A stretch of DNA of 64,000 nt, from the NCBI GenBank assembly GCA_951406725.2, contig OX597822.1:30194001-30258000 (forward strand), in the 5' to 3' direction. The DNA comes from Octopus vulgaris (Eukaryota). Both the position numbers and the translations under genes were made by a program. Under the pieces are notes generated by a model that searched no databases, was not told where the DNA came from, and saw nothing but the letters and a program-made list of their open reading frames with translations. Below, in pieces: positions 39,704 through 52,700 of this stretch. Position 1 is the stretch's first letter. Every line of letters begins with the position of its first letter.

Positions 39704-40078
39704 GATTTGACTCAGGTTCTTATTCTTGGTAGATTTTATGCGGGTAACGGATTACTACCTGTAAACTACAATCTTTCAAATGCTTAAGACCCTCCTGTTC
39801 TATCCCTAAAAGGTAAAGTTTCTCTAGATCTACTGGGAATTCTATTCCAATTTCTTTCAACCATTTGTCTATATATTTGCTTACAGTTCGCAATGCAACA
39901 GTTATTATTGGTACAACCTCAACAATTTTCATATTCCAAATTCTTGCAATTTCAAATTTGAAAGGATTGTTTTTTATTCTTGTTTGGTTTATATATTCAT
40001 CTTGTTTCTTTACGATTCAACAATCAAACGTACATGATGGATCAATTAGTTGGCAACTTCACTTTTGTCTATTATTTA
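39704..40078 (-). mobile_element. Third R4/Dong-type 3' fragment
   Basis: CQLIDPSCTFD, FEIARIWNMKIVEVVPIITVALRTVSKYIDKWLKEIGIE; 3' end runs into (TAA)n at about 39635-39703. Confidence 0.75.
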
Positions 40079-40082
40079 TGTC

Positions 40083-40270
40083 TAGCGGTATTTCGTCTGC
40101 CATTATGCTCTGAGTTCAAATTCCGCCGAGGTCGACTTTGCTTTCATCCTTTCGGGGTCTATTAAATAAGTTCCAGTTAATCACTGGGGTCGATGTAATC
40201 GACTTAACCCCCTTGTCTGTCCTTGTTTTTTCTCACTATGTTTAGGCCCCTATGGGCAATAAAGAAATAA

Positions 40271-40367
<97 letters not shown>

Positions 40368-40580
40368 CTATCATCATTATTATCATTATTATTATAATTA
40401 TCATTATTATTATTATTAAGGTGGCAAGTTGGCAGAATCGTTAGCAGGTCGGGCGAAATGTATAGCAGTATTTCGACCGTCGCTACGTTGTGTGTTCATT
40501 TTCCGCCGAGGTCGACTTTGCCTTTTGACTTTTCGGAGTCGATAAATTAAGTTCCAGCTACACACTGGGGTCGATGAGTC
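40083..40580 (+). mobile_element. Two SINE family C copies separated by (ATT/ATC)n
   Basis: 40083-40270 and 40418-40580. Confidence 0.85.
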
Positions 40581-40608
40581 GATGAGTATCGTGTCTTTAG
40601 TAAAAAAG

Positions 40609-40640
<32 letters not shown>

Positions 40641-40789
40641 CATTATTATTATTATCATGTGCACACACACATTCACACACATAGACATTTAAACACACAC
40701 ACACGCACACATATAAGGAATTATATTTTACTAGCATTGCTTTTCTATAGCCCAATTTAGATTAAATTTCTCAAAAGGAAGCTGTGGCA

Positions 40790-42090
<1,301 letters not shown>

Positions 42091-42656
42091 GACACGAGCA
42101 GCAATAGCGACAACGAAGGCGACAAAAACAACTGGAGTGAAATCACGAAAGTAAAAAAAAAAAAAAAATTAATTAAAAACGTCACAAAAAAGTTGGTAAA
42201 CTAAATATACATATGAAGGAAAGAAAAAAAAAGAGAAAAACTAAACGAAAAACACAGGTATAAAAGTTCGTAGGTAAAATAGAAAACAAAGAGTTGTAGG
42301 AAACAAAATAAAGAAAGAAAAAATGCGATAAAAGCAAGCATGAGAGGACAAAGTATTTCTAGACAATCATTATAAATCATTATAAAACTACTTCAAAGAG
42401 TCTAAATATACGTATTTTACACGCCTTTCTTGTGTCGAGGTATTTTCTTCAGTACATCGCCCCCATCATGCTTCTGTATACGCGTCACTCCTATTTCTTT
42501 TATAAGGTCTTATATTTACGTCATTAAAAAAAAAACAAAAGCGAAAAACGAGCCTCTGTGTGGTCGTTCGATATGTTAGAAATAACAGTCAGATCTTTGA
42601 TTTCAGGTTACAGTCTATCGTCGTCTTAAAAAAGAAACGTGAGATAATCTAGTAAG

Positions 42657-42862
42657 ATTAACGTGCAAGTGGCTGAGCATTCCACAGACACGTGTAACCT
42701 TAACGTAGTTTTCAGGGAGATTCAGCATGACACAGTGTGTGACAAGGCTGACCCTTTGAAATACAGGTACTACTCATTTTTGCCAGCTGAGTGGACTGGA
42801 ACAATGTAAAATAGTGTCTTGTTCAAGGACATAACGTGACGCCGGCCAGGAATCGCTAGCCA
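42657..42862 (-). mobile_element. SINE B3 (CORE-type body with B1 tail), partial
   Basis: TTAACGTGCAAGTGGCTGAGC tail plus CTCATTTTTGCCAGCTGAGTGGACTGG body. Confidence 0.75.
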
Positions 42863-43435
42863 CTACACATTCGTTACTAGATTATCTCCGCATAAGTAAA
42901 AAGACGAGTTGGTCATGGTTAGAATGCCGTAACCACCTGTTCCTACATAATCCTTTCTACCCATAGGCTCAAGGCCTGGAATTTCGTGGGGAGAGATTAG
43001 GCAATTACATCGACCTCCAATGCTTAAATAGCTCTTGTCTTATCGACCCCATCAGGGTGCCATTTGAACTTAGAACGTAAAAACTGATTAAATACCGTTC
43101 AGCACTCAGTCCGACGTGCGAACGATTCCGCCAGTTCGCCGCTTTACCTTTTACTAAATAACAATAAAAACAACAACTTTTTCCAGTTGCAACCTTGTTT
43201 ACATATAGACGTACGCTTAAACACACCTACACAGGTACATTCACCCATTCATACACAACGACACACATCTCCTCCCGCCCACAGATATAATTCTGTAGTT
43301 TAGAAGCTCGCTTTGCAGACAAGTTGTCTTAGACTCAGTGCCACTGCGTAGCACCTTGAGTGTGTTCTACTGCTGCCCCGGGCCGACAAATGCCTCGTTG
43401 ATAAAATTGATACACGGAAACTGTGTGGAATCTCG

Positions 43436-43479
<44 letters not shown>

Positions 43480-43656
43480 GTATATGCACATATCTATACG
43501 TACATACATACATACATAAATAAATATATGTATGTATATATGTATGTATACATGTATGAATGATCAATGAGCAAAAATAAGAATGCAAGAGGGATAAGCT
43601 TCCAAAGAGGTGTTATTATCTTTATGCTTGAAAAGCAAAGGGAAAAAGGAAAAGGG

Positions 43657-43696
43657 CCTTGACGTTTCGGATATAGAGTCATTCGTCAGAAAAAGG
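43657..43696 (-). ncRNA. Minimal hammerhead ribozyme of a second family
   Basis: Reverse complement CCUUUUU-CUGACGA-AUGACUCUAUAUCC-GAAAC-GUC-AAGG; canonical GUC triplet, weak stem II. Confidence 0.55.
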
Positions 43697-44093
43697 AAGA
43701 AGAAAGAGAAAGGTGGTGAATAGGAGGGAAGAAAAAGGTTAGGAGCCGGGTGAGAAAGCAGTTCTATAAGGAGGAGGAGTTTAGAAAATAGCAAGAGGTG
43801 GGAGATTTGAGCGCATATAAAGCAAAGTATCTATGTAAGATGATGTAGGTGGGTAGATCAGCGGTTCAGGTTAAAGCGGATCAAATAAATCTGGGAAAAT
43901 TAACCTAGAAACACGTCTGCGTATCATCTGCTAAACAGATTTCTCCGAAAAAAGTATTCCAGTTAATTAGACTGGCTAATTCAGCAGCCTATAGTGTTAG
44001 TTGTTTTGTTTCTTTGTGTGCGTGTGTGTATGTGTGTGCGTGTGTATGCATACATACATACATACATACATACATACATACATACATACATAC

Positions 44094-44174
<81 letters not shown>

Positions 44175-44230
44175 TTTTCTGCGATAAATTGAGAAGCGGT
44201 GACGAGTGACTATTCTATAAATTTTCATAT

Positions 44231-44367
44231 TATTTATAAGCTTAATGCTTATAAGCGGTCACCGTTTATTGACTAAAGGAAATAGTCTAGTATCGGGGTA
44301 TACAATACTTAACTATTTTCTGAAGTCAATACAGGTTGATCGCTTATAAGCTTTAAGCTAATAAATA
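44231..44367. repeat. 137-bp imperfect hairpin (MITE-like)
   Basis: 65-nt arms with about 12 mismatches and a 7-nt loop. Confidence 0.7.
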
Positions 44368-45929
44368 TTATTATCATAACTTACAGAATATATATACATA
44401 CAGATATACATCATGTATATATGCATACATACATTTGCATATATGCATACACACACACACATATATACGTACATGGAAACCTGCAGTGAATTGGCTGTAA
44501 GCTGATTTTTATTGAATTTTCTCATCATTGCACTTTACGTACATCGCTAACAACATTGTTACAATATAATTAATGCCAGCGCATTCATTCGTGTGTCGTC
44601 AGCAGAAGTAATTTCTAACATTTCAGGTAGAGCTCTTCTCTGGATTGTTACTTTTCTTCTTTACCATTATCATAAAAACTTTTAATTCTTCACCTAAGAT
44701 GCGAAACCATGTACCTACTTGGACCCAATCCAGTTCAATGCACCAGTATTGATCTGTTGATAGCTATTGAATTGAAGAGAATAATCTCAGTATTCGTAAA
44801 GATTAGTTTAAGAGCTAGCACAAGTTTACCAATTGAAAATAAATCTCTTCATATACAGATATTAGAACTCATTAAAATGTCATGAGCTTCACATAATTTT
44901 CTTTGATGCTTCTTATAATTTCGTTGCCTTGCTAATAATTAATTAATATATATAACTTGAGAATATTTATAATTGTTTATTTGCCAAGAAAATGTAACAG
45001 CATCGTAAATGCTTCATTAATTGATCATGATGCATGGAAAATAGGGAAGAAAAGGATGAATTATGAATTTCGTTCAGTACTCAGGGGAATGAACGGTGCT
45101 TGTGAAATGGCTGAGGCCTTTGAAAACGAGGCCGAATTGTGGAACTGATTCAACAAGTATGTTACGTAAGCTTCATAGTACCGCCATAATTATATATCAA
45201 TACTATTGTATAACATTGTTTACAATTGATTATTATTCTATGTATTATTATTATATATATTATTCTATACATTATTCTATATGTGCTTTAAACAAACGCT
45301 AATTGTTTTTCGCGGTCAATATACTTATAAAATATTGATTAGATAGCAATGCCTTTTATGTTGAATACATCGACTACATAGCTATTCCTTACTAATATTG
45401 ATTATATTAGTATTACAACATACCCAGTATATTGACAGCGTTAATATTCTCGATAATTTGCTACGAAATAAATACCAACTATCCAGTAAATTGGACAGTA
45501 TTTTAACAGTATATTTAAGCGTTGACTTCCTTTTATGAAAACGTAGCATTCAATAAGTATGAACTCATGCTATTGTTATGGTTGCCATTTAGATATATTA
45601 TGAAAGGCGTTCTCGTCATATCATTTTTTAATTATTTTTCCAGTTATTATATATACATCAAAAAGAATATTCTCTAGGAATAATATATCATCAACCTTTT
45701 AAAGTTCCAGTTGGAAAGAAAGTAAGGGTGGTAATGGAAGGTCTCTTTTGCAATGAATTTGCCAAAAGGTGGGCGATTGCGACAAAATATGGTTAGAGTG
45801 GATGGACCTACACTAAACATGTCTCTGTAGACTGATGAACAACTGGGCGAAGGCTAGTACTCTTGTTGGTCAAAGTGACTCTGGATCTGAGAGGTTCCCT
45901 GACTGGCTCTAGCTGGAGGTTCTCCTCTA

Positions 45930-46078
45930 CCTTTCCTTTTTCTATGTTTCTGACGAAGAACTCCGCTCGAAACGTTACATCCTCCTTCTTTCTTTCCTTT
46001 CCTGAGCGTCCAATAACACTATACTTGTTCCACGTCCTCACGTTGTTGTTTTCTCTTTGTTCATGTTTGGATTAACTA
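45930..46078 (+). mobile_element. Family H1 hammerhead element, 5'-truncated
   Basis: Near-identical 3' end (CATGTTTGGATTAACTAT) to 22893-23098, running into TA-rich sequence. Confidence 0.7.
45944..45980 (+). ncRNA. Minimal hammerhead ribozyme, core intact but stems partly decayed
   Basis: AUGUUU-CUGACGA-A-GAAC(UCC)GCUC-GAAACGUU-ACAU; one stem II mismatch and altered stem I. Confidence 0.65.
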
Positions 46079-46245
46079 TGTATACATATGTTTACATATT
46101 TTGATAATATTTATACTTTTGTCTCTTCCACCCCTCCTATCTCTCTTTCTCTCATCCTTTATGTAAGTCATTCACTCACATTATAAACTGTTGTAATATT
46201 CCCTAAAGCCAAACTGTAAACTGTTGTAATATTCCCTATCCTAAA

Positions 46246-46462
46246 AAGGCGGCGAGCTGGCAGAAACGTTAGCAATTCGGGCAAAATGCTTAGCGGTATT
46301 TCGTTTGTCTTTACGTTCTCAGTTCAAATTCCGCCAAAGTCGACTTTGCCATTCATCCTTTCGGTGTCGATAAATTAAGTTCCAGTTGCATACTGGAGTT
46401 GATCTAATAGACTGGCCCCTCCCCCAATTTTCGGGCCTGCTGCCTAGAGTAGAAAAGAATAT
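46246..46462 (+). mobile_element. SINE family C with alternative tail
   Basis: Same head/core, tail CCCCTCCCCCAATTTTCGGGCC...TAGAAAAG; a similar copy lies at 47330-47545. Confidence 0.85.
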
Positions 46463-46521
46463 TCCTTCCATATCTGATTCCCCTTTGGAAAAAATAAAAA
46501 ATAAATATCACTATTTTTATA

Positions 46522-46745
46522 TGAAGACTCACAGCTGATTTTGCTGGGTATGATGGAAAGTGTCAGCTGTCGCCAGCCAGCAGACCAAGATGACACTTCT
46601 TTACTGGTTATGCTTCAAGAACCCTGCGAAGCATTATTGCAGTTCCAAGCAATGGTAACTTTTGTCGGTGTTCTACCTTCAAACTCACACCAATCTTTTT
46701 CAGCTATGCTGGTAGTTGAGTACTGATACTTCCTAGTGCACCAAT
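46522..46745 (-). mobile_element. Second, different R4/Dong-type 3' fragment in tandem
   Basis: IIGALGSISTQLPA*LKKIGVSLKVEHRQKLPLLGTAIMLRRVLEA*, followed by a short UTR. Confidence 0.8.
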
Positions 46746-46768
46746 TATTATTATTATTATTATTATTA

Positions 46769-47284
46769 CTTTGTTTTTCTTCTTTCAAATTTGCTTCCAT
46801 TTCTTGCCGAGTGTCTTCCCGGCTCCTAGGGCAAAGAAACTCATAGTATACATTGGTAGGCCATTAAACCAAACTCAATAGTTCGTTCATTTTAAAAAAA
46901 TGTTTTTTTTTTTAAAGTTAAATTAAAATATATGAGCAGCAACAGTTCTCACATCGACAATGCTCTTCTCAATACGTGTGATGTGCCAGTTAAGACAATC
47001 TTTTGCACTTCTTGCAGGGATGGTAAGCCAGGGATCATTCTCATATAATTTTCGGTTCCCTTCTTGATCATTCCTAGTGCTCCTAAGATCACTGGTATTG
47101 TAACCGCCTTGAGATGCCACATTTTCTCAATTTCAATGAGTAGGTCTTTATATTTTCTGAGCTTGTCAAACTCTTTCGCTGAGATATTATGATCACAGGG
47201 GATGCTCATGTCGATCAATAAGCAAACTTTATTGTTTGGTCTTTCACAACAATATCTGGTTTATTGGCCTTGATGGTTCGGTCT

Positions 47285-47286
<2 letters not shown>
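46769..47286 (-). mobile_element. 5'-truncated R4/Dong-clade non-LTR retrotransposon (restriction-like endonuclease domain plus 3' UTR)
   Basis: TDRTIKANKPDIVVKDQ (frameshift) CLLIDMSIPCDHNISAKEFDKLRKYKDL...PVILGALG...LTGTSHVLRRAL: PD..D..K..KY RLE motif; (TAA)n on both sides. Confidence 0.88.
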
Positions 47287-47328
<42 letters not shown>

Positions 47329-47813
47329 TAGGCGGCGAGCGGACAGATTCCTGCTCAAAAAAGCTTAGCAGCATCTCTTCCGTTTTTATGTTCTGAATCT
47401 AAATTCCGCCGAGGTAGACTTTGCATATCTTTTTTTTTTCGAGGGCGTTTAAATATCATACTAGCTAAGCACTTGGATCAATGTAACTGACTTGCTCCTC
47501 CCCTGAAAATTTCAGGCCTTGTGCCTATAGTAGAAAGTATTATTTATTATTACCGAACGTCTCGTCCCTGTTGAGGATTACACGTTGTCGTTGTATTTCT
47601 TTTCCATTATGGTAATCCTGTTTACACACAAAACCCCAACAACAACAACAACACACTCACAACCACACGCACACACACGTACACACACACACACACATGC
47701 ACACACACACACACACACACTCTCTCTCTCTTTATTTTGTCCTGTACTATCCATGTTTTTCTCAATGTAAACCTTTTGTGGTTAATAAAGAAATTCTTCT
47801 TCTTCTTCTTCTT

Positions 47814-47888
<75 letters not shown>

Positions 47889-47917
47889 GTAATTGATGAG
47901 AATGTGTAGTTAAATAC

Positions 47918-47988
47918 CTCGCCCCTCCTCCGCTTCCACTTTCGCCGTAATTAATCGGTGCTAATTTCCAATATGTCATCGCCGCCAT
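47918..47988 (-). CDS. Candidate first coding exon of a divergent gene (MAAMTYWKLAPINYGESGSGGGA-)
   Basis: Minus strand reads CAAAATGGCGGCG (strong initiation context, also a YY1-type motif), then 71 nt open, then AG|GTATTT donor. Locally GC/CpG-enriched, non-repetitive. Confidence 0.35.
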
Positions 47989-48161
47989 TTTGTTAATGTC
48001 AAGTGCACCAAGTTTATTGCCACCACTGTGACCACTACACTAACCGCCTCGACCATCGTCACCACCATCACCACTACAACTACAACTACAACTACAACTA
48101 CAGCTTTGGTCAGTAGACTTCTGTCAGTAACCATCTGTAGTGTCCAGTCAGTCAGCGCTTG

Positions 48162-48238
<77 letters not shown>

Positions 48239-48666
48239 ATCTACAAAGTAAGTAAACTGCTGGCAGGTGTATATGACGGTGTTGTGGATCATTAGTTCGA
48301 CTACGTTCTGCAATGCTTCAAACGCCAGTCTTACTTATTGTGATATATATTTACTCAATCATTCGTTTGCATACCCTCTCCCTAAATGTTTAAACGTTTC
48401 GCTCTGTGACAAACTTACTCAGCTACTGGACATCTACGTTCAAAAATATACACATTCAGAAATCCGTTTATCCGTACAGTCATAACATATAATAAATACA
48501 TTTGAGATATGCATTCGTAAGTACAAACATACACACATCCATCCACACACAACCGCCACACACACATATACATACATATACATACTTATATATTATACCC
48601 AGTTAGTCTGACACATACCTGCATATACGTACACATACCTACTCACATTTACAGATATATATACAG

Positions 48667-48701
<35 letters not shown>

Positions 48702-48960
48702 AACTTAGCTACACATCTACATACACCGAAATAGGTAGGTACACCATGTGCGGTTGTCAGTCGTGGCCGACAGTCAGCGCACATTGACTGCGGCTCCTGT
48801 ACTCCGTTCCTAATTTAGATAATCGTTAGCATATCTGTCGGGGCGACACTTCTGAATTAACTGCGAAAACTCGACAAATTTTATCAAGGGACAAAGGGCA
48901 AAAAAGTAGATTAAAAACAACAATAATTTAATTTAACATAATAAGCGATAATCTCTAACG

Positions 48961-49359
48961 ATGGAATCGGAATTTTGTCCAACACCTAAATCACCAAATC
49001 GCCCAAGTTTGGGTTCGATGGAATCGGAATTTTGTCCAACACCTAAATCACCAAATCGCCCCGGTTTGGGTTCGATGGAATCGGAATTTTGTCCAACACC
49101 TAAATCACCAAATCGCCCAAGTTTGGGTTCGATGGAATCGGAATTTTGTCCAACACCTAAATCACCAAGTCGCCCAAGTTTGGGTTCGATGGAATCGGAA
49201 TTTTGTCCAACACCTAAATCACCAAATCGCCCAAGTTTGGGTTCGATGGAATCGGAATTTTGTCCAACACCTAAATCACCAAATCGCCCAAGTTTGGGTT
49301 CGATGGAATCGGAATTTTGTCCAACACCTAAATCACCAAGTCGCCCAAGTTTGGGTTCG
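48961..49359 (+). repeat. Coding minisatellite, 7 x 57 bp
   Basis: Unit ATGGAATCGGAATTTTGTCCAACACCTAAATCACCAAATCGCCCAAGTTTGGGTTCG starting at 48961, 49018, 49075, 49132, 49189, 49246, 49303. Copies 4 and 7 share AAT>AGT; copy 2 has CCAAGT>CCCGGT. Confidence 0.97.
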
Positions 49360-50022
49360 AAATCATCGGAATCACTAGAAGAAACGAGCCCTTTGAACTC
49401 AACTACAATGGAATGCACCGAATGCCCTGAGTGCCCCGAATGCCCTGAATGCCCTGAATGCTCGGAATGCCCGGAATGCCCGGAATATCCAGTATGTCCA
49501 GACTGTCCGGATAATGATCTTGAACCTTCAGAAAATGGCGAAGAAGCGTGTAATACGGAAGATAAAGAACTTGCATTGTCCATTTCAGAAGAATTGATGG
49601 AACCGACCGATCCTACGATTTCGGTATCAGAAACTTTCTTAGAAGACATGGAAACAATTGGATCTTTAGATGACCTTACAGAAGCAAATTCAATGACGCA
49701 AGAATTTCCAGAATCTATGACCGAGGAAAATTCCTATGACCAACGGGACGACTTAACTCATCAAGTACCGGAAGAATCGTTAACTACTGAATCTGCCGTT
49801 TTGTCATTAGTCGAATGTTTGGAAACTACTGGGGAAAGAACATTGGGAGTTCTGGATGTACCATCAACGTTGGAAATCCCTTTTACAGAAACATTACAAC
49901 CAACGGGAAGTATTATGGATGGACCAATACTGACAACTTCAGAACATCAACTTTTTGTGGAATGTAGAAAGTCTGTACTAATGGAACCTCAGGGTCCGGT
50001 AAGAACGAGAGAACTGGATAGT
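48961..50022 (+). CDS. Probable first coding exon (354 codons) of an uncharacterised low-complexity protein: 7 x 19-aa repeat MESEFCPTPKSP(N/S)RP(S/G)LGS, (CPE)n tract, long acidic Ser/Thr/Glu-rich region
   Basis: Long stop-free, microsatellite-free ORF (48961-50079) in otherwise stop-rich DNA. ATG in strong context (ACGATGG) with in-frame TAA at 48949-48951. Codon variation within the CPE tract (tgccct/tgcccc/tgcccg). Consensus donor AGT|GTGAGT at 50022/50023 (phase 0) followed by T-rich intron-like sequence. No homolog recognised. Confidence 0.8.
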
Positions 50023-50615
50023 GTGAGTTTCTGTGTTTGTTTTATGATTTTTTTCAATTCAAAGCAAAATGTCCCTTAACAGTTTGTCAATAGAATTTTG
50101 CAAGCATCAAATTTGGTTATTTTGTTTGGTATTTATATGTTTAAAATATCTAATATTATCGTGTAAATTCCGCCGAGGTCGATGTTGCTTTTCGTCCTTC
50201 CGGCATCGATAAAATAAATACTTGTTGAGCGCTGGGGTCGATGTAATCGACTTCCATCACCCCTATCGAAATTGTTGACCTTGTACCAAAATTTGAATCC
50301 ACTATCTATATTATCGGGTTTATAAGAAACAAAAATAAAAAAAGGAAATGGTTTCCATTGAAATACTTTGTAGAAAAAAGAGAGTAAACAGAGAAAGCCC
50401 GTTACTCTAAAATTCTGCTATTTGTGTGTTCTTTTTTTTAGAGAAAATATTAAGAAACATTGCTTTCAAGACTGTAGCCAGATTTCAAATCTATTTATGG
50501 AATGTATGTGCACGTATGTTTGTGCATGTGTGTACGTATATACATACGTACATACACACCACACACAAAATATGTGTGTATGTGTGTGCATATATAGATA
50601 CATACATATATACAT

Positions 50616-50651
<36 letters not shown>

Positions 50652-50655
<4 letters not shown>

Positions 50656-51023
50656 TTCCGGGTTCAGTCCCACTGCGTGGCATCTTGGGCAAGTGTCTTC
50701 TGCTATAGCCCCGGGCCGACCAATGCCTTGTGAGTGGATTTGGTAGACGGAAACTGAAAAGAAGCCCGTCGAATTTTTGTATATATATATATATGTATGT
50801 GTGTGTTTGTGTGTCTGTGTTTGTCCCCCTAGCATTGCTTGACAACCGATGCTGGTGTGTTTACATCCCCGTCACTTAGCGGTTCGGCAAAAGAAACCGA
50901 TAGAATAAGTACTGGGCTTACAAAGAATAAGTCCCGGGGTCGATTTGCTCGACTAAAAACGTGGTGCTCCAGCATGGCCGCAGTCAAATGACTGAAACAA
51001 ATAAAAGAGTAAAAGAGTAAAGA

Positions 51024-51024
<1 letters not shown>
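50652..51024 (+). mobile_element. SINE family A lacking extreme 5' end
   Basis: High identity to 22381-22783. Confidence 0.9.
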
Positions 51025-51068
<44 letters not shown>

Positions 51069-51679
51069 TGCATATATATAAATACACATATATAATATAT
51101 ATATATATATATATATGCATTTATATGTTTAAGTATATAAATATGTGTGTATGTATGTGTGCGGGTGCATGTGTGTTGTTCAGTTAAGTTTTGGTCATTA
51201 TTGGTCCAGGCCTTGTTTAACTTAATAGCCCCACAATGAGGTAGTCTTTGAAATCCCATTTGTATTAAAATGTTGTTATGGGATGAGAGCTTAATGTTTT
51301 GTAGATGTATGGCTCGCGGGTCATGTCTTACGAACTTTATATCCGAATCGTTTGAAATGTTTTCCACGTTGTACACATAATGTAGCGCTCACAGCAGCAT
51401 TTGAAAGAATAGAATTTGACGTGACATATTTTTCTGATTACCGTTTTAACACTTGATTCTTCAATCACGTTAAGAACGAATTTTTCCAATAGAAGCCTTC
51501 TTAAAGTTCATCCTGTTACTTATTTTTTACTGAGACACACTGTCTCAAATGTAGAAGGAGGAATGCGACAGTTTAATGTTACGTCTATTAAAGTTCTTCT
51601 AAATATTGTATCTGTCGATGAAATGGGAAGGCTACTATTGGGTGTTGAAATCGTTTTGTAGACGTAGTTCATACTACTT

Positions 51680-52700
51680 ATCCAATATCTGCAATGTAAT
51701 GAGACAATGAACCTGAATATGTTTTATTACTAAATGGTTGGTATGGCAGGATTTGAACACAGAACGTAAAAACCTTTCTCTAAATACCGTTGGTATTTTG
51801 TCCGACGGACTAGCTGTTTTGTCAATCCACGGCCACACTGAAGTACATATTTCCTTCCATGTATGCCAAAATATGAAACCAATATTAACAATAAGGGAGC
51901 GAGCTGGCATAATAGTTAGCACGATGGACTAAATACTTAGAGGCATTTCGTCCATCGCTACGTTCTGAGATCAAATTCCGTCGAATTCGATTTTGCCTTT
52001 CATCCTTTCTGGGAAATAAACCCCAGTTGAAATCGCTGTCCTTGTTCCAAATTTGAAACCAATACTAATCTTAACAGTAGATTTGCTGCATCAGTAGAGC
52101 ATCGAACAAAAATTTATATGGTATTTAAATCCAGTTGTTTTGTTTCTGAGTTCAAATTCCTCTACAAACAACTTTGCCTTTCAGATTTCTCAGCACCTTT
52201 AAAATTAGTTTCAATAAAGTGCTGATCGATATACTAATTTATACTCAGTAGTCTCTAAATTTGAGACATTCTGGTGTGAAAAATGGATATTTTACACTGT
52301 TCAAGTAGAGTAGATTAACTTAATAGTTTGCGCGTCAGATACAATTTTTACACTATTGATTTCGCTACTTTACATTCTAGGCTCAAGCCCCACGAACATT
52401 AAACTTTGCCCTTCATCATTCTGTGGTCGATACAACAAATATAAGTCAATTAATGGGTAGAATTAATTGATCATACTCATCCTGCGTATATCAACCTGGT
52501 GTCTGTATTAGAAATCAGTAATTTGCGGATTAGCAAAATCCTTAGCGCGACGGACAAAATGCTTAATGGTATTTAGTTACAACACTTTGCATTCTGAGTT
52601 TAAGCTCCGCCGATGTCAACTCTTGTTTTCAGGATTGTTAATAATATAATAAGTATCAGTGAAGTGTACGAGTGCGTCGATTCAAACCATTTGGAGATCT
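51680..52700. mobile_element. Cluster of old SINE family C relics
   Basis: Repeated degenerate TTCTGAGTTCAAATTCC / TTTGCCTTTCATCC motifs in both orientations. Confidence 0.6.

Noticed and set aside
48961-49359. CRISPR-like regular repeat
   Set aside because: Head-to-tail units with no unique spacers, in frame, eukaryotic context.
48933-49649. 238-aa antisense ORF
   Set aside because: Mirror of the repetitive sense exon; the + frame is longer and has the start context and splice donor.
50023-50079. C-terminal VSFCVCFMIFFNSKQNVP of the 372-aa ORF
   Set aside because: Probably intron read-through after the GTGAGT donor.
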